From Fimicolochytrium jonesii (taxonomy: Eukaryota), in contig NW_026515679.1 of NCBI RefSeq assembly GCF_025526975.1, forward strand, positions 1 through 64,000: a DNA stretch of 64,000 nucleotides, given 5' to 3'. Positions 33,245-46,769 of the stretch are shown here, piece after piece. The notes below the pieces were generated by a model, which was given only the letters and a program-made list of their open reading frames with translations, did no database searches and had not been told where the DNA came from. Every line of letters begins with the position of its first letter. Positions within the stretch are counted from its first letter, which is position 1. A program made the translations under genes and the position numbers.

Positions 33245-34296
33245 ATGCAGTCCAACCTGTATCTCGGACCGGCGTACGACTTTCAAGATCTACTCAAGCA
33301 TGAAGCGATCATAAGGTAGAGCCAGTCAATTAATGCACTGGACTCTCCAACATATCAACTCACTTTTTCCCTCACCTCATCCATAGAGTCATTGCGCAGC
33401 GCACGCATACACTCCTACAGTACGATGAGGTACAGTACAATCCTCAAATGATAGTTGCTGGGATGAAATACTGTTGCCAAACAAGTTTACCTTTAATCAT
33501 GCGTAGGAGAAAAATGCGGTTACGGTCAGCGGCGACCAGGTCCATGACGTCCACAATGCGTACGTTCCAGAAATCTTCATCCTGCTCCCGGACTCCACTG
33601 GCTCATCCGGTTTTCGACAGCTTTGACGAGCTCCGAAAGATTCTCCTCCCGTATGCGCTCCAGGCTCCTCCCAGAAGGGGACTCATTGACAAACCTGATA
33701 GGAATGGTCGTTGGGGGGAGCCACGCGTCCTAGAGCGAAAGCGGAAAATCCACCCAGATTCTGAGGAAGACGAAGAGCATCCCACCCTGGCCTTACACAG
33801 GTTTCTCAAAGATGGGGACATCACAGAACAAAAGGATCTCGACAGACTTGCACGCGCAGGCGGTGTTCCGACCATGCTGATCAACGATGCAATCTTACCT
33901 CGCAGAGCGTTGGACCGTGAGGAATATTGCTATGTGCACTATATCACATCTATTCAGAGTCAAAGCCGTGATGCTACATTCGCCATGCATTGCTCTCAGT
34001 GTTGCAGCTTTGTGCTCCATCCTCAACCCATCGTTGGGACTTGGGATTTCAAGTCTGAGTTGCTTGAGAGAATCACGCTGCGCGAGGAGCAGAGGATGCT
34101 GGTGCAGATCCAGCAGGTAAGGAATGTACATCGCATAGTGGGACGGTCTCAAACTAATGTTGCACTCCTGGCAGATTGCAGAGGCCACTCAAGCCTGCCT
34201 CGCATATCAGTACTTTGATAAGGTATGCTTGTTCCAGAATCATAGAACGTAGAATTTGCGTTCGCGCTAAAGGATGCCGTTTTTAGCGAGTCATAA
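33245..34296 (+). CDS. Hypothetical multi-exon protein (boundaries approximate)
   Basis: Consistent GT..AG introns around the 33448..34218 ORF; no family recognised. Confidence 0.4.
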
Positions 34297-34895
34297 TCAA
34301 CACAGATAATGCCGATACCGTTCAAGATATTTTGGAAAGGCTCTCCGCAATGGAGAAATTCGTACAAGACAACGTTGTATGTCTGAGCTTGGTTTGAGAC
34401 TATCTGCAGATACCATTCCTGCCTACACTCATCCATTCTCCCACCGTGCAGATCAATCTTCCAGTCCCAGCCATTTCTTGAGATGTCGTCCTCATCAGTT
34501 TGCATCAGGATTAGCGTATGGAGCAAGACTATCGCCACCTCGCTTCTTGCCCTGCACATATAATGTGAATATGTAGCTGATTTAGATACCTTTTGTCTTC
34601 GATTCTGGTTGCGGGGAGACCTGTGGGCGATGAATTGACAGCACGCCGTTTGGGATTCCGGCGGTGACATCACGATCAGGCGTGCTAAAGCCTGCTAAGC
34701 CCGTGAAGCCAACGGCCCAACGAGACCAACGCCTTGAGACTTGCAACCTTGCCGCATTACCCTCACCATCTGACGGACATTATTCTCACGCAGACCTAAT
34801 CATACACACACAACCCCCTTCACCACCACCGATACCCCCAAACTTGACTAGGGAACCCACATCCTACATCTCCTCCTACCTCGATTCCGCAAGTC

Positions 34896-36273
34896 ATGAA
34901 CACCAACGGAAACCCCGCGGCGCAGATCGCAAATGTCTTCTCCAACTTTGGAGCACAGTTGAAGCCTTTCGGCTCTCAAGCCGTCAAGCAGTTCTCGCAA
35001 ATGCAGCAAGTACGTTACCGAGTGGAGTGCAGTTCGCGCCTTACGTTGTATGTCTCGACTCACCTGGGAATTCCTCCGCTCGCAGTATGCCAAGGAACGG
35101 ATGGGAAGCGCAAGTGACGTGACGGAGCTGCCTGCCGAATACAGGGATCTCGAGTTGGCAAGTATCATCCCAGGCCCAAAGGCACTTGCGGATGCTTTGA
35201 TCGAAAAGCTCCTTGAACTAACAACCAACGCGGTACTATCAGAAAGTGGACCGTATCAAGACTCTCCACGACAACCTCTCGAAAATCTCGCGTAACTTCA
35301 CCCTCCCGCACTATGACTACGAGCCTCCGTTGGCGGAGACTGCCTTGAACTTTGCATCCACCGTCAGTGACCGCGCCATCTCTTTCACGGCTGCTGGTGC
35401 CCGTGCTGCCGGTGTCAATGCCAACATTGGCGGTGGGCCTAAGACTAAGGAGGAGATTCCTCCTAGCTTGGCCCATGCCTTCGCCCGTGCTGCCATCCAC
35501 TCGGCTGAAGAGCTTGGAACACAAGAGCCTATCGGTAGGGGAAATGTGCTCTGCGGCCAAACGTACGAAACGCTGATGAGTCCCGTTTTGCTGCTTTCAG
35601 GTGTTGCCCTCAAGAAGTTTGCTACTGCTGAAGAGAGGGTTGGAAACGCACGATTGAAGTTTGTGAGTGATGTCTCGGCGTGAGGCGGATTTGCACCATG
35701 GACAATCATTGACGACCCATCTTAGGATGCCGAGGCCACTAGCAAATTCCATCAGCCAATCAACCGCATGGTTGTGCAAAATATCGCTGCTGCGATGGTA
35801 AAATGACGTGCTATTCGCTGCCGTCTCAATCTAAAGAGTCCTGACACGTGCTGATCACCCCTGTAGAAGGCGCGCAAGAGTGTCCAGTCCGTACGGTTGA
35901 CATACGACGCTTGCCGCGCTCGTCTGAAGGCTGCCAGGCCTGAGCACGTTGAGGCGGTGCGCCAGGAGATGGAGGCAGCAGAAGATGAGTTCGTTGCTGC
36001 CGTCGACGATGCTATGGGCAAGATGAAGGCTGTTGTCGAGACAACGGAAACTTTCAAGAACTTGGCCGATCTTGTCTCGGCACAACTGAAGTACTTCAAG
36101 GTTGGTTTTTAAGTCACGACGTTATGCAGGCTGTCGGGGTGGATTCAGTGGCTCATTGCGGCTTTTGTCCTCAACACTTGTAGGAGGCCGCTGAGGCTCT
36201 TTCGGAGGTTGCCCCCGAGTTGGACGAGCTGACCGTTACAAACGAAGCTCTGCTCAGGCACCCCGCTGCGTAA
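34896..36273 (+). CDS. BAR-domain protein, Gvp36-like
   Basis: YAKERMG..VTELPAEYRDLE..SLAHAFARAA..KARKSVQSVRLTYDACR..EAAEDEFV..LVSAQLKYFK; seven exons. Confidence 0.88.
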
Positions 36274-36429
36274 TTTGTATATAATCCGCTTTTCGTATCA
36301 CAAACAGAATTCTTGGTATCCATTTAAAAGTCCTTTACACAATTCTTGTCCTGATTACGCACTTGTGTTTACGCCAAGACCATACGGTAACTCGCAGTCG
36401 CCGGCTCTATCCCACTTCTAACTCTAGAT

Positions 36430-38021
36430 CTACAGTTTACTCTGCTTGCTACTATAGGCTCGGTCTAGCCAATCGCCGAGAATGGCGTTCAAATGATCTG
36501 TCCCTTCCACTTGAACGAAATGTCCGGCTTCGACTCGCTGTGAGAAAAGTATCATGGTCAGTCTCAATCACTCACGGCACCGGCGGTCCGGGTCTTACGT
36601 GTGTTTCAAAGTTTTTGATGTTGGGAGAGGTCGTCTTGATTTGCTTCTCTGGGAACGCTGGGTCGTCCGAGGCATACACCTAGCACGATCGAAGGCATGC
36701 TCAGTTGAAGACCTGGTCCACGTACTGATCAGCCAGGCCCGATGCACTCACCAGCATCGCGTTGAGCTTCAAATCCTTCGGCAACCCCTTCTCATCCTCG
36801 AAATTGATCTTGCGCGTCCGGTAAAAGTTCAACGGCCCATGGAATCCGGACTTCTTGTACTGCTGCACGTAGTACTCCATATCTTTGGGTGACATCTTGA
36901 GCTTTGGACTCAGCCGGATGTCTTTGGGAAGTTTGTCGATCGACGGCATGACGATCAAACTCATTTCTCCAGCGCCTCGATAGACTGATCGCAGGATCAA
37001 TGAGGTATGAGCGTCCAGTACCGCGTCAGTGCTGGGCTGCTTGAACCAGATCTGGTGAGAGGACGGGTGGCCGATCGTTAAAGACGATGGTGCGATTCAG
37101 GCAAGCGAAGGGATACTCACCTGATATTTGAACTGTGGTCGCAATTTGACGAGCTGCTCAATGCTCACAAACTCATCGTTTGGTGGGGCGTATGGCACGC
37201 AGATGGCCGCAACGTTGAGAACCCGTTCGGGGTACCACAGGCACATCCTCCAAACCTGCCGTGGATGTTAGTGCCGAACCGTAGACGCCGGAAGCGGATT
37301 CCAGATTCACACTCACAAGCGCTGCGCCCCTGAATACGGTAAGAAGGCTCGGTCAACCGTTAGGCTTCCACGCCAGGGATACGACACCCTACTCACCAGT
37401 CATGCCCGATGAACGTAGCCTTCGAACCTTTCCCAGCTACATGGTCCAAGAGCTCCGCCATATCTTTGCACAGATTTTTGAACCTATTTTCGCGCAACAT
37501 GTCCAGCCCTCCTGCGTCTCCCCATAGAGTGCTGAAAGGCGGTGCTATCCTCATACCCATATTGCTTCAAAGCTTCGTCGTCCCCTGGAGCAGCCTTTGG
37601 CGAGTCCGTGTCCCCGAAGCCCCGCAAATCCGGCACGATGACGCGATAACCTTTCTTCACCAAGTACGGGATCTGGTATCTCCATCCTGTGGCGGAGCTT
37701 CAGTACCCTGCCGAGTGAACTCCAACGCACATTCCCACTAACCAAACCATAACTTGAAAGGAAGAACATCGCGTCAGAAATCACTTCTCGCTGGGGAAAT
37801 ACCACAACTGAACATACATCCGGGAAACCATGGCATAGGAACAGCACGGGGCCCGTGCCCTCGTCGACATAGTCTGAGAACGAAAAGGTCACCGTATCAG
37901 TGTTCGCCCACATGACTAGTTAGAGTAATGTGCAAGAAAACGTACGATATCTGATTCCGTTCACCCTAGAGAACTTGTGCGTGAAGCTAGCGGGATCTTG
38001 GGGATCCATCTTTGCGGACAT
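36430..38021 (-). CDS. Soluble epoxide hydrolase-like alpha/beta hydrolase with C-terminal PTS1 (SKL)
   Basis: [37 protein letters not shown] and AGHFVQ motifs assembled across introns; ends ..KQSKL*. Confidence 0.92.
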
Positions 38022-38681
38022 CTTTGGGAGCTGTTTTCAAGACTTGTCTTGTGTGAATGTGTGAATGGGCACTGCTTGATAATCAAGATTGCACTTCGGC
38101 TTCCCCTTGCAGCTTTTACGTCACGAGGAGCTACGAGGAGCGTCGCGGGAGTTCGACAACTCCCGCTCGGTCCAGAGCATATGGCATTTTATAGATGAAA
38201 ATGTGCCGAAAACAAACAAGAATCCGAAGCGTGGGAGAAAACATGTACTTGGTGTTTGGGCGTAGCTCTCGTCGTTAAAGGTCAAGTGCGATTGATCTGG
38301 GGAAAGGCTGCGGGTCCAGCACGGCGCAGATAGTAGGAGGGTTTTCGATGGGAGTCCACTTTGATATTGAAAAAGCTTAATGTTTGTTTCGATGAAAGCG
38401 TTCCCTGCTTTTCGCAAGGAGGTCGAAGAAAAATGGGTATATAAGACGTTACAAAAGTACGGAAACACCGTAAAAGATAGGAAGATGCATACAAGCGCCG
38501 AGAAAGGGGAATCGCGAGTAAAAACCGACGAGAGTGAATTTATGTAAAAAGGGACACTTCCAGATATATGTATACAAAGGAAAGGGATGAAAAATGCCCG
38601 TACAGTTGCGGGCCTCACCCCGTTGTCGCTACCACGTCCGCCGCCCGATAACGCAAGCTTGGTATTTCCAAATCCCAGTTC

Positions 38682-40305
38682 TCACTGGGACCTGCCGGCG
38701 GGGAGAGAGATGAAGCTCAGAGATCGGCTTGACCTGAGGGCGCCTCGTTTCAGAAGTAGGGTTGTCTTCAATCCTCTCGCTTCGACCGCTGATGCTTCCG
38801 GTGGCAGAGAAGGAAGGATAGGGGTTTTCGCGAGCGAACTCAGCGGCAATGTCGACGACGACAACGACCCTGCTCGCATTGAGGACTTCCTTCTCCGCTC
38901 CAACAGCGGTGAGCCCGGAGGGGATGAGAACGGAGAGGACGGTAGTGAAGTCGGGGGTGTTGGCGCAGTTTCTGGTGGCGGACAAAACATCGCTGCCACC
39001 CTCCCATGATCAGACTCCCAGTGCCGCGTGCACAGCTTGTACTCCAGAGGGATTTGCACTTCGTTCCGCGTCACTACCCGGCGTCGGATGATCGTTGATT
39101 CAAAATAAGGACCTGCACAGGAGGTGCAAGACTGCGCCGACGCGAGGTAGTGCTTCAGGTGATCGTGAGTGATCTCGAGGATGGGAAGCTGCTGACGGAC
39201 GATGACTCGTGCGGCGAGCTCTCTGAGGGTTGGGGGGGTTGCAAGCTCGTCGGCGTGGTCTTCAAGGACATCCAGATCCAAAGGACAGTTGTCCAATCCA
39301 ATCTTGCGCAAGAATTTTAACCGCGTGATTTCTGCCGGAAGCTGGTTGATAGGATTGTCCGCCAGCTCCAAAGTGACAAGAGACTTCAGCTCTCCCATCT
39401 CTGACGGCAGCGCCGAAATCTCGTTGCGTTTCAAATCGAGTACAGTAAGTTTCTTCAAGGAGGCGATCGACGAGGGTAAGGTGGTAATCCTGTTGTCAGA
39501 TGCATGTAACTCTACGAGCTTAGTGAGGTATCCAAGTGTATCTGGCAATGTCGTCAACTTGTTGTTGGAAATATGTAAATGCGTCAAATTTCGAAGGTAA
39601 CCAATCTCGAGGGGTATCTCAGTCAGGCTATTGCAGCATCTAGAAATGTAATCGGGTTAGCATGAAGTCAAAAGCGGCTTCCGAATGGACGGAAACTTAC
39701 AAATGAAGGGTGGTGGTGGTTGCGAGAAGGCCGATATTTGGTGACATGGCGACAATATTTTGCTTGCAAAGGCCAATGGTGGCAAGAGATGAAAGCTGCC
39801 CAAAAGTGATCGTCCGCAAGTTCCCCTTGTATTGGTAGAACAAGCGCTCGTATCGATCTGCTTCCTCCTCCTCGTCATCCGCGAAAGACTGATCATGCAG
39901 ATCGTTCAGCGAAAAAGTGTGGGAAATTTGCGATGAGGAACTCGATGAAGTTTGTGAAGAGCGAACCGTATCCGTGCGAACTGCCAAGGAGCCAGCTCCT
40001 TCGTGGTGCAGCGATTGCAGTTGCGGGCGCAAATTCCGTTCAGACATACGTCGCAAGACAGCAGGCGTTCTTGTAGCTCCGTTCGCCTGTTCTTCGGAAC
40101 CGACTATTTCAATTGAAGAAACTCCTAGTGAGGGGTCATCTTGTGGTGGCGTCGGCAGGCGGTGTGAATTTGCTAGCGTCCATCTTCGATTCTTGGGGGC
40201 ACGCCTGGAAGCACTGTTCTGAGGTTCGCTGGCGGGCGTCGGGCTGCTCACAACCTGATAAGCCAACGGAAGGGCCGCTTGCTGTTTGCTCAGACTCCCT
40301 CCCAT
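38682..40305 (-). CDS. Leucine-rich-repeat protein with possible N-myristoylation
   Basis: MGGSLSK start; repeated LxxLxLxxNxLxxLP; PTLRELAAR plus CxxCxGP tail; one intron at ~39641-39699. Confidence 0.9.
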
Positions 40306-41421
40306 TTCGCTTTAGAACCGTGCAAGTTGTAAAGTTCGCGCAGGCCACCGGCGTCGAAATCTCCTTTTATCGAAGTTCAGAGTGGCGCCGATGGGTACGG
40401 GCCAGCAACGTTCTGAAGACGCTGTCCTTGGCCGCGGCTTGTTTCTGAATCCCTTTCCGACGCAACGGTGTCAAAAGCCGGACCTTCCAGTCTCCAGAGT
40501 CTCTTCGCAGTTGCTGGCGAATGTCGCGGAATCCCCTCCTATGTTATACAGCTCTGTGGAGGATAGGCCTGTTCCGACCGTGGAAAGCAAACCACTCAAG
40601 CAAGCAAATCGGGACTTGACAAAAGAATTCTCAAATGGGACAGCTATTGCGGGTCCCCTTGCCCAGCACGACGTGAGGGTTACTGTACTGTATAGGGCCT
40701 GTGCAGAGCGGCTTCCCGGGGAATGTGTGTTATCTGGTTTAACCGTTCGGCCGCATTGTGGTATCTAAGGTCTAAAGTGATCTCCATGAATCCTAATCAT
40801 TCGCGTGGTTCCACGCACCGGTCCACTTCAGGAAGCAGCATTGGGCATCGCTGTTTGTTCACAAAACAAGGGGCGACCGCGTTTGCCGGCGGCAACCTGC
40901 GCCACGCGGAATGTCACACAAAAACTACTCACGACATGAGGGATCGACCGAATTGCGCAGCCCAATGATTTCATTTCATTGCAGTTGTGGACCTATATGC
41001 AATATTAATTATTGTCTTCGTCCCGGTTTCTTAATAGAGTCTAAGTCCCCCAACGCGTCTCTGTCCATTTGACGCGTCGCGTCGGCAAAGCTTCTTCCAT
41101 CCCCCTTTTCGGAAAGTACAATCAGCACTGGTGGTTTGTCGCGATTGCCAACGGAAAATCATGTTGAGAATATGCCAAGGGCGGTGGAGACCGCTGTTGT
41201 CAAGCGGCTCTTGCTTTCTTTCCTCTTGCTGCATTCCTGTATTCTTGCATTCCCCAGATCGCCGTCGTTGTAGTTGAGCGCTTCGTGGATCTGCTTGTAC
41301 TTTGTAAGTTGTAATTCAATCGTAGACTGAATTACTGCCCTCATTCGACGAGCTCCGCCGATCTCCCCAGTCTGACCACGATCAAAAACTCCACATACCG
41401 ATAGGGTAAAAGCGCCGAAAC

Positions 41422-43004
41422 ATGCTTGCCGAACCCATCAATACTCCCAGTGGATATTTGCGCAATGAGCTCTACTCATGGAACGACACCCACTTTGTCG
41501 ACTACACTCACCAAGCCAATCTGCATCTCCCGATGACCCCTGAGACCGAGCGGCACCGATTGCCGTCCCGCCAGCGCTCTCCAAAGGAAAGCAGAGATGA
41601 AAGAGACCAGCGTCATGCCTATCCGCCGCGTAAGGCGTCCTTGGCACACTTCTATTCAGCGGGTTCGGACGCTTTGTCACCACAGTATTCAATCGACTTC
41701 TCCGGGTTCTGCTCATCCGATGAGGAGGAACCATCGGCGCCAGCGACCAACTTCTTGCCGCGCGCGATAGTGAATGATTCATATACGAATGTGGACTCGA
41801 TCTATCAAATGTTCCATGGATCTGAGCAGAATGAGGAGGGCGCAGTTGGGGCGCCTGCTCCCGTATCGCTGCCGCTCTCGCCACGGCTGTCTGAAGTAGT
41901 CGATATGTATGATTGGGCTAGGAGGTTTCCCAAGAATATGGACGAGGAAACGCGGCCATTACTGGGTCAAGAGGACACATGCGGTGGTGAAGGCCTCATA
42001 CATAGCCACGGCGCTGAATCGACCGAAGTCGGATCCCCAAAAAGTCGTGACATCAAACGATCAAGGTTAATATGATAGACGTGCAAATTCGGGGGTTCTG
42101 GACGGGTGTGTTAACAATCTTCATCATCAGGAGCGTCCGCCAACTGCCCAAGCTTCCAAAGCTCCAGATCCACCTACGGTCTCGCAGCAGCACCCGTTGC
42201 GAGCGATCACCCTCACCATCGCGCAACTCGCATCGCAACGCTCAGCAAAATGGCTTCAGCCCGGACATGATGGACGCGATCCATTACATGTCTCCACCAC
42301 CGACAGCGGACACGGACAGGTCCGGATATATGCTGTATAGAGAAGATGCTTCCACGACTTGGAAGCGAAGGTGGTGCACTATTGAAGATAATCATATGCA
42401 TGTTTGCACGTCAGACGAAGTGAGTGGGCCTATGTTACTTTTGAAGACTGAAGAGTCCTAGCTGACGATTCAAACTCTGCAGAAGGGCACATCTCCAATA
42501 GCAAGCATTCGTCTCATCCCTGGCCTCTCTGTCATCCCCGAAGACACACCAGGTACCCCAACCTCATCAGCCTCGCACAGCCCAACGAGTCCCCGCGGCT
42601 CCATCTTCGCTTTCAAAGTCGTCGCGCCGCAACAGCCTCGCTCGCCATACCTCTTTGCCGCCGAAACACGGCTGGACATGGTGCTGTGGATCGCGAGCAT
42701 CATACGCGCAGCTGAGAACGCAGGAAAGAAGAAGGTCGAGCGGACGTTGATACCTATCCATAGCTCGAATGAAAAGCAGCAGCAGCAGACGCGAGGAAGG
42801 AGTAGGTCGTGGGGGCGGTCACCGAAATCGTCCGGGGAAGAGTCGCCGAATCCGTTCAAGGGCGGCAGGAACGTTATTGATGTACCCTTGTCGAAACCTC
42901 TACCGGCCGCCAAACCAACATCATCTTCGGGATCAGACCCCAAGTTGGCTAGTTCGATGAAGAGACGTTTTACGTTGTATATGCTTCGGCCCAGGAAGTC
43001 GTAG
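41422..43004 (+). CDS. PH-domain-containing protein (multi-exon)
   Basis: RSGYMLYR..WKRRWCTIED..FAFKV..YLFAAET..MVLWIASI pattern. Confidence 0.75.
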
Positions 43005-43266
43005 GCCTAGGGGAGTTCATGACCGTATTCTAATGTCATTATGTACTAGCGTATCATTTCTCATAAGCGTGCATTGAACTGTGCACTGTGCTGTACAGAT
43101 GTGTGGGAGTAGTAAGAAATCATGAAGACTGCTCTACGCCGTGCCATACTCAGGAGCCAGCTTGTGGCACATAATAAGAGACCCACGTGGTATTGCCTAC
43201 TGCAGGCCCCTCCACTGAAAGATACTTACCCATCGGGGCCGTCCAAGACAACCCCTAAACTCGATT

Positions 43267-45512
43267 TCAGCGTGTCTGCTGAATCGCGACCCCTCGCAAG
43301 CGGTTGATAGCGCCAGCCAACTCGAATCGCCTCGGTCTCGCCAAATCGCCGGTGATCCAGTCCGATAAGCAAGGCAAGCCATTCGCGTCCCACTCAGCCT
43401 CGATCGCATCCATCCACTCGTTTAAGGTAAGCTTCGAGGACGGCTTGCTACGAATATGCAACATCGCCGTTACAATCGCCCTGGACTGCGATGGGTGAAC
43501 AAGCTGCTCAAGGGCCGAGAGATCCACATCTACGCCGTCGATGCTGATGAGGAATGTGTTCAGTGCTTTGGATTTGCGCGGGCGCGGAGTGCTGCTGTTG
43601 CTGGAGAGTTGTTCGAGATTGCCGGGTATCGTTGGCACTCGATGCACGATATCGCCGTACGGTAAGCCTGTAGACCGCAACTCAGTCATGTGAGCTTCGT
43701 ATGTTCACGAAGTGCCAATGCTCACCTGAATAGTGGAAGGAGTCGTCCGGTAAGCTAGCCGCAATATGCCGCGCTTCACTGGTGACATCCTTGGGCACGT
43801 AGCTGTCCAGCGAAATGACCAGGTCGGCGACATCTATATAGCTCCCACAACCTCCGATGACGAGTATGGAGGAACAGTGTTTCTCCAGGTACAGCGATCG
43901 AATCTATAAGAGCAAGGAGTCTCTAGAGAGCTTCATCCGTCATACGAAAGCAATGGAAGCGTACCTTGCTGATGAAAGGGGTGATGGGCTCTTTCTCCCT
44001 CGTCACCAAGCGAGACATGCGCTGATCTCGGATGAGGAAGTTCGTGGCGCATGAATCCTCGTCCAGCAAAACGCCGCGGGACCCTGTCTGATTATGGCAT
44101 CACGGAAAGTCAGAACGTTGCGTCGCCTTGAAGTCCAGTATTGACTATCCCGTGTACCTCCAAAGCCTCTTGCAAATTGGCGGCCATGCTAGTCGAGCCC
44201 GATGCAGCCTCGCTACTCCAGCAACTCGTGTCGGATTCAAATGGCAAATTGTTGATGAATGGTGAGATATCTACGGATGTCACGCTCCTGATGGAGAAGA
44301 GATTATACTTGAGCTTGTAAAAATCGGATTTTTATTGACGTCGTAGCCCCCACCTCCCATCCTCCGCTTTGATCTTGCTCACAGTGTCATCTGTCACCAC
44401 GAATTCCCGCCCGTCCCCAGGGATGTGGTTGTAAACACCATTCTGTAGCGCATCGAGCAATGTGGATTTTCCATGGAAGCCGCCCCCAACGATAAGTGTT
44501 ATCCCCTTCGGGATACCTGCAATGCAAATGTCATTCAAGGATGTGATGAGCAGCGGCGAGTTCGGTGATGCATACCCATCCCCTTGACAACTCCTCTGTT
44601 TGGTAGCGTGAACGATCGGATCAAAGACGGAGGAGATCGGAAAGCCACGACGTTCTGCGATCGCATAGGTAGATCTGAGGCGCCGCTCTCGCGCGGCAAA
44701 ACCGCTCCATCGACCACAAAGGCGATGAGCCCTGCCGCCACAATCTGCCGCCTTAGGTTTCCCTGGTCCTCGACGCATCCCACAAAATTGCTAATATCGT
44801 TCGCGTCCAATGCCGTGAAGCGCACGCTCCGATCCGCAAGGTTGGGGATCGTCACTGTCAGCAGTTCCGCAGCCTGATGTCCCATAATGGACCTGCCCTG
44901 AGCGGGGAGTCCTACGGTGATCCGCACTTCTACATACTCGGCAGTGACAGTGCAAGAAGAACGTTCGATGACCTGCTGACCGGGTATATCGATCCGAATG
45001 TCTGCCCTGGTTCCATGCCAGTTTCCACCACTTGCGTTTGGGGTGCTCAGCTCCTGTTGCCGTATAAGAGATGTAGTCCTGCGAGTGATGTAGTCCTCCA
45101 ACGCTACACGGCGGATCCGGGTTCCAAAGAGTTCCGGAGGAAAGCGAGCCACTTGTTGAGGAAGCCGGACTCTGATTTTTGACGGAGGGGCGAAGGGGTC
45201 CGATTGGACATGGTCTACAAAGAGCGTCAACCCGCTCTCGAACAAATAAGAGCCTCGCACGTCCTTGTATGCCCCATACGGCGCTCGGTCCAAGGAGCGC
45301 AAGTGCTGTGCCAAAGCCTGCCCATTATTGCTATTGTTCACCGCCGCCGATACTGAGCTTTCCGGCCTGTCATCTTGTGGCCCCCCTCTGGCGTTCGAAG
45401 GACCGCCGCCTCTGCCGCCGTATTTCTCACGGTAATACTGTCCTCTGCCTCGCCCTCGGCCGCGTCCACCGCGAGAGCCCTGTTCGCCTGAGGACCCGTA
45501 AGGCGCATACAT
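43267..45512 (-). CDS. ABC_ATPase family P-loop ATPase (bacterial-type / MRB1590-like)
   Basis: DHVQSDPFAPPS, LPRESG, GITLIVGGGFHGKSTLL, GVYNHIPGDGRE, AEDGR, ASGSTS, DEDSCATNF, RPRRFELAGAINRLR; RGG-rich N-terminus. Confidence 0.9.
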
Positions 45513-45839
45513 TCTTCAGTTGATGAGGTTTTTTAGAAGTTGCGAGACCGCTTCGAGGAACTCAGAAAGTCGAACAACGGCTTTCTTGACAATCGTTCAA
45601 GGCGGTCGGCGCACAGATCCACCCGTCCTTTCGCACCCCATTGTACTGTACGGCGGCGACATATCTTTTGGAACTGAAGACACAACATATGCATACTATC
45701 ACCAATGTGAGAACAGGCCTCCCGAAAACAAGAAGATCATAGAGAAACGCGCGGGAGGATGCAATGCGACAAAAACAAAGTCCATGACGTTTACTTATAC
45801 ATAGAAACAACACATTTGTGTTTCTTTGTAATCTCATAC

Positions 45840-45948
45840 GACACTGTGTCCGAGTGGTTAAGGAGTTTGCCTCGAATAGTGCGACTCGAAGTCGTGTCTG
45901 GAAAGCAAATAGGCTCTGCCTGCAGAGGTTCGAATCCTCTCAGTGTCG
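45840..45948 (+). tRNA. tRNA-Ser(CGA) with intron (~45877-45903)
   Basis: Acceptor GACACTG/CAGTGTC+G; anticodon arm TTTGC-CT CGA A..A-GCAAA; long variable arm AGGC-TCT-GCCT; T arm AGAGG-TTCGAAT-CCTCT; downstream T runs. Confidence 0.95.
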
Positions 45949-46769
45949 CGTCTTTTCTTTTCTTTTGTTGTTCGCCTCGAAGCTCTGCAGGCTCTAAATC
46001 CTCTGTGTCGTGTTGCTTGCTTCTCATTGTTTTGTTTTTTTCAATCACTTTGGTGGCACGGCTCATTCGGCGAGCAGTCATCCTGGCTAACGCTCGGAAC
46101 TCGGGTGTTCAACCAAAGACCCGCCCGTCCGGCGCTCCATTATGGCCTCGATATCGCCATGGTCATCATTGGGCACCATTGGAGATATATTGTACTACTG
46201 TACTATAACTTGAAAGTTAAGGGTCATGTGGCAAACTCGTATCCACTGCTGTCAAGTCCAGTCAAAGCAAAAACGGGAAGACGGACGCGCGTCAAAGGAC
46301 TCGCTGAAAAGTGTCTTTGGAATGATGTCATGAGCGGGGAAACAGGAAGTCACTCCACACAGCACACACAAAATCCCTAATTCAGTCACTGATTAGTGAT
46401 GACCGGAGCCCCTGCTTCTGACTTGGTCGGCGATTGCCGTCACAGCTCGTCACTGCAAGCCCTGCATATATGGGTTCGATATGTCATCCGACAGATTCTC
46501 CATGTCCGCGCCCCGTCTCACCGTCGTACCTCGAAAACGAGTTGGATCATGGATGGCGAGGGAATGGAAAAAAAAGGGCCAGATCATCCAGAGGAAAAGG
46601 GGCGGTGGTCCATGATTGTATGGCGCAATGCGATGAGTAAATGGATTCGATTCGTATAAAAGGAAGGAAGGGCTTGTTGGAGTACCTGCAACCCGTACAT
46701 ACTGGAAAATCCACCAACTCTCTCAATCACCACATTTTGAACTCATTTGATCCACATTCTTCATACACC

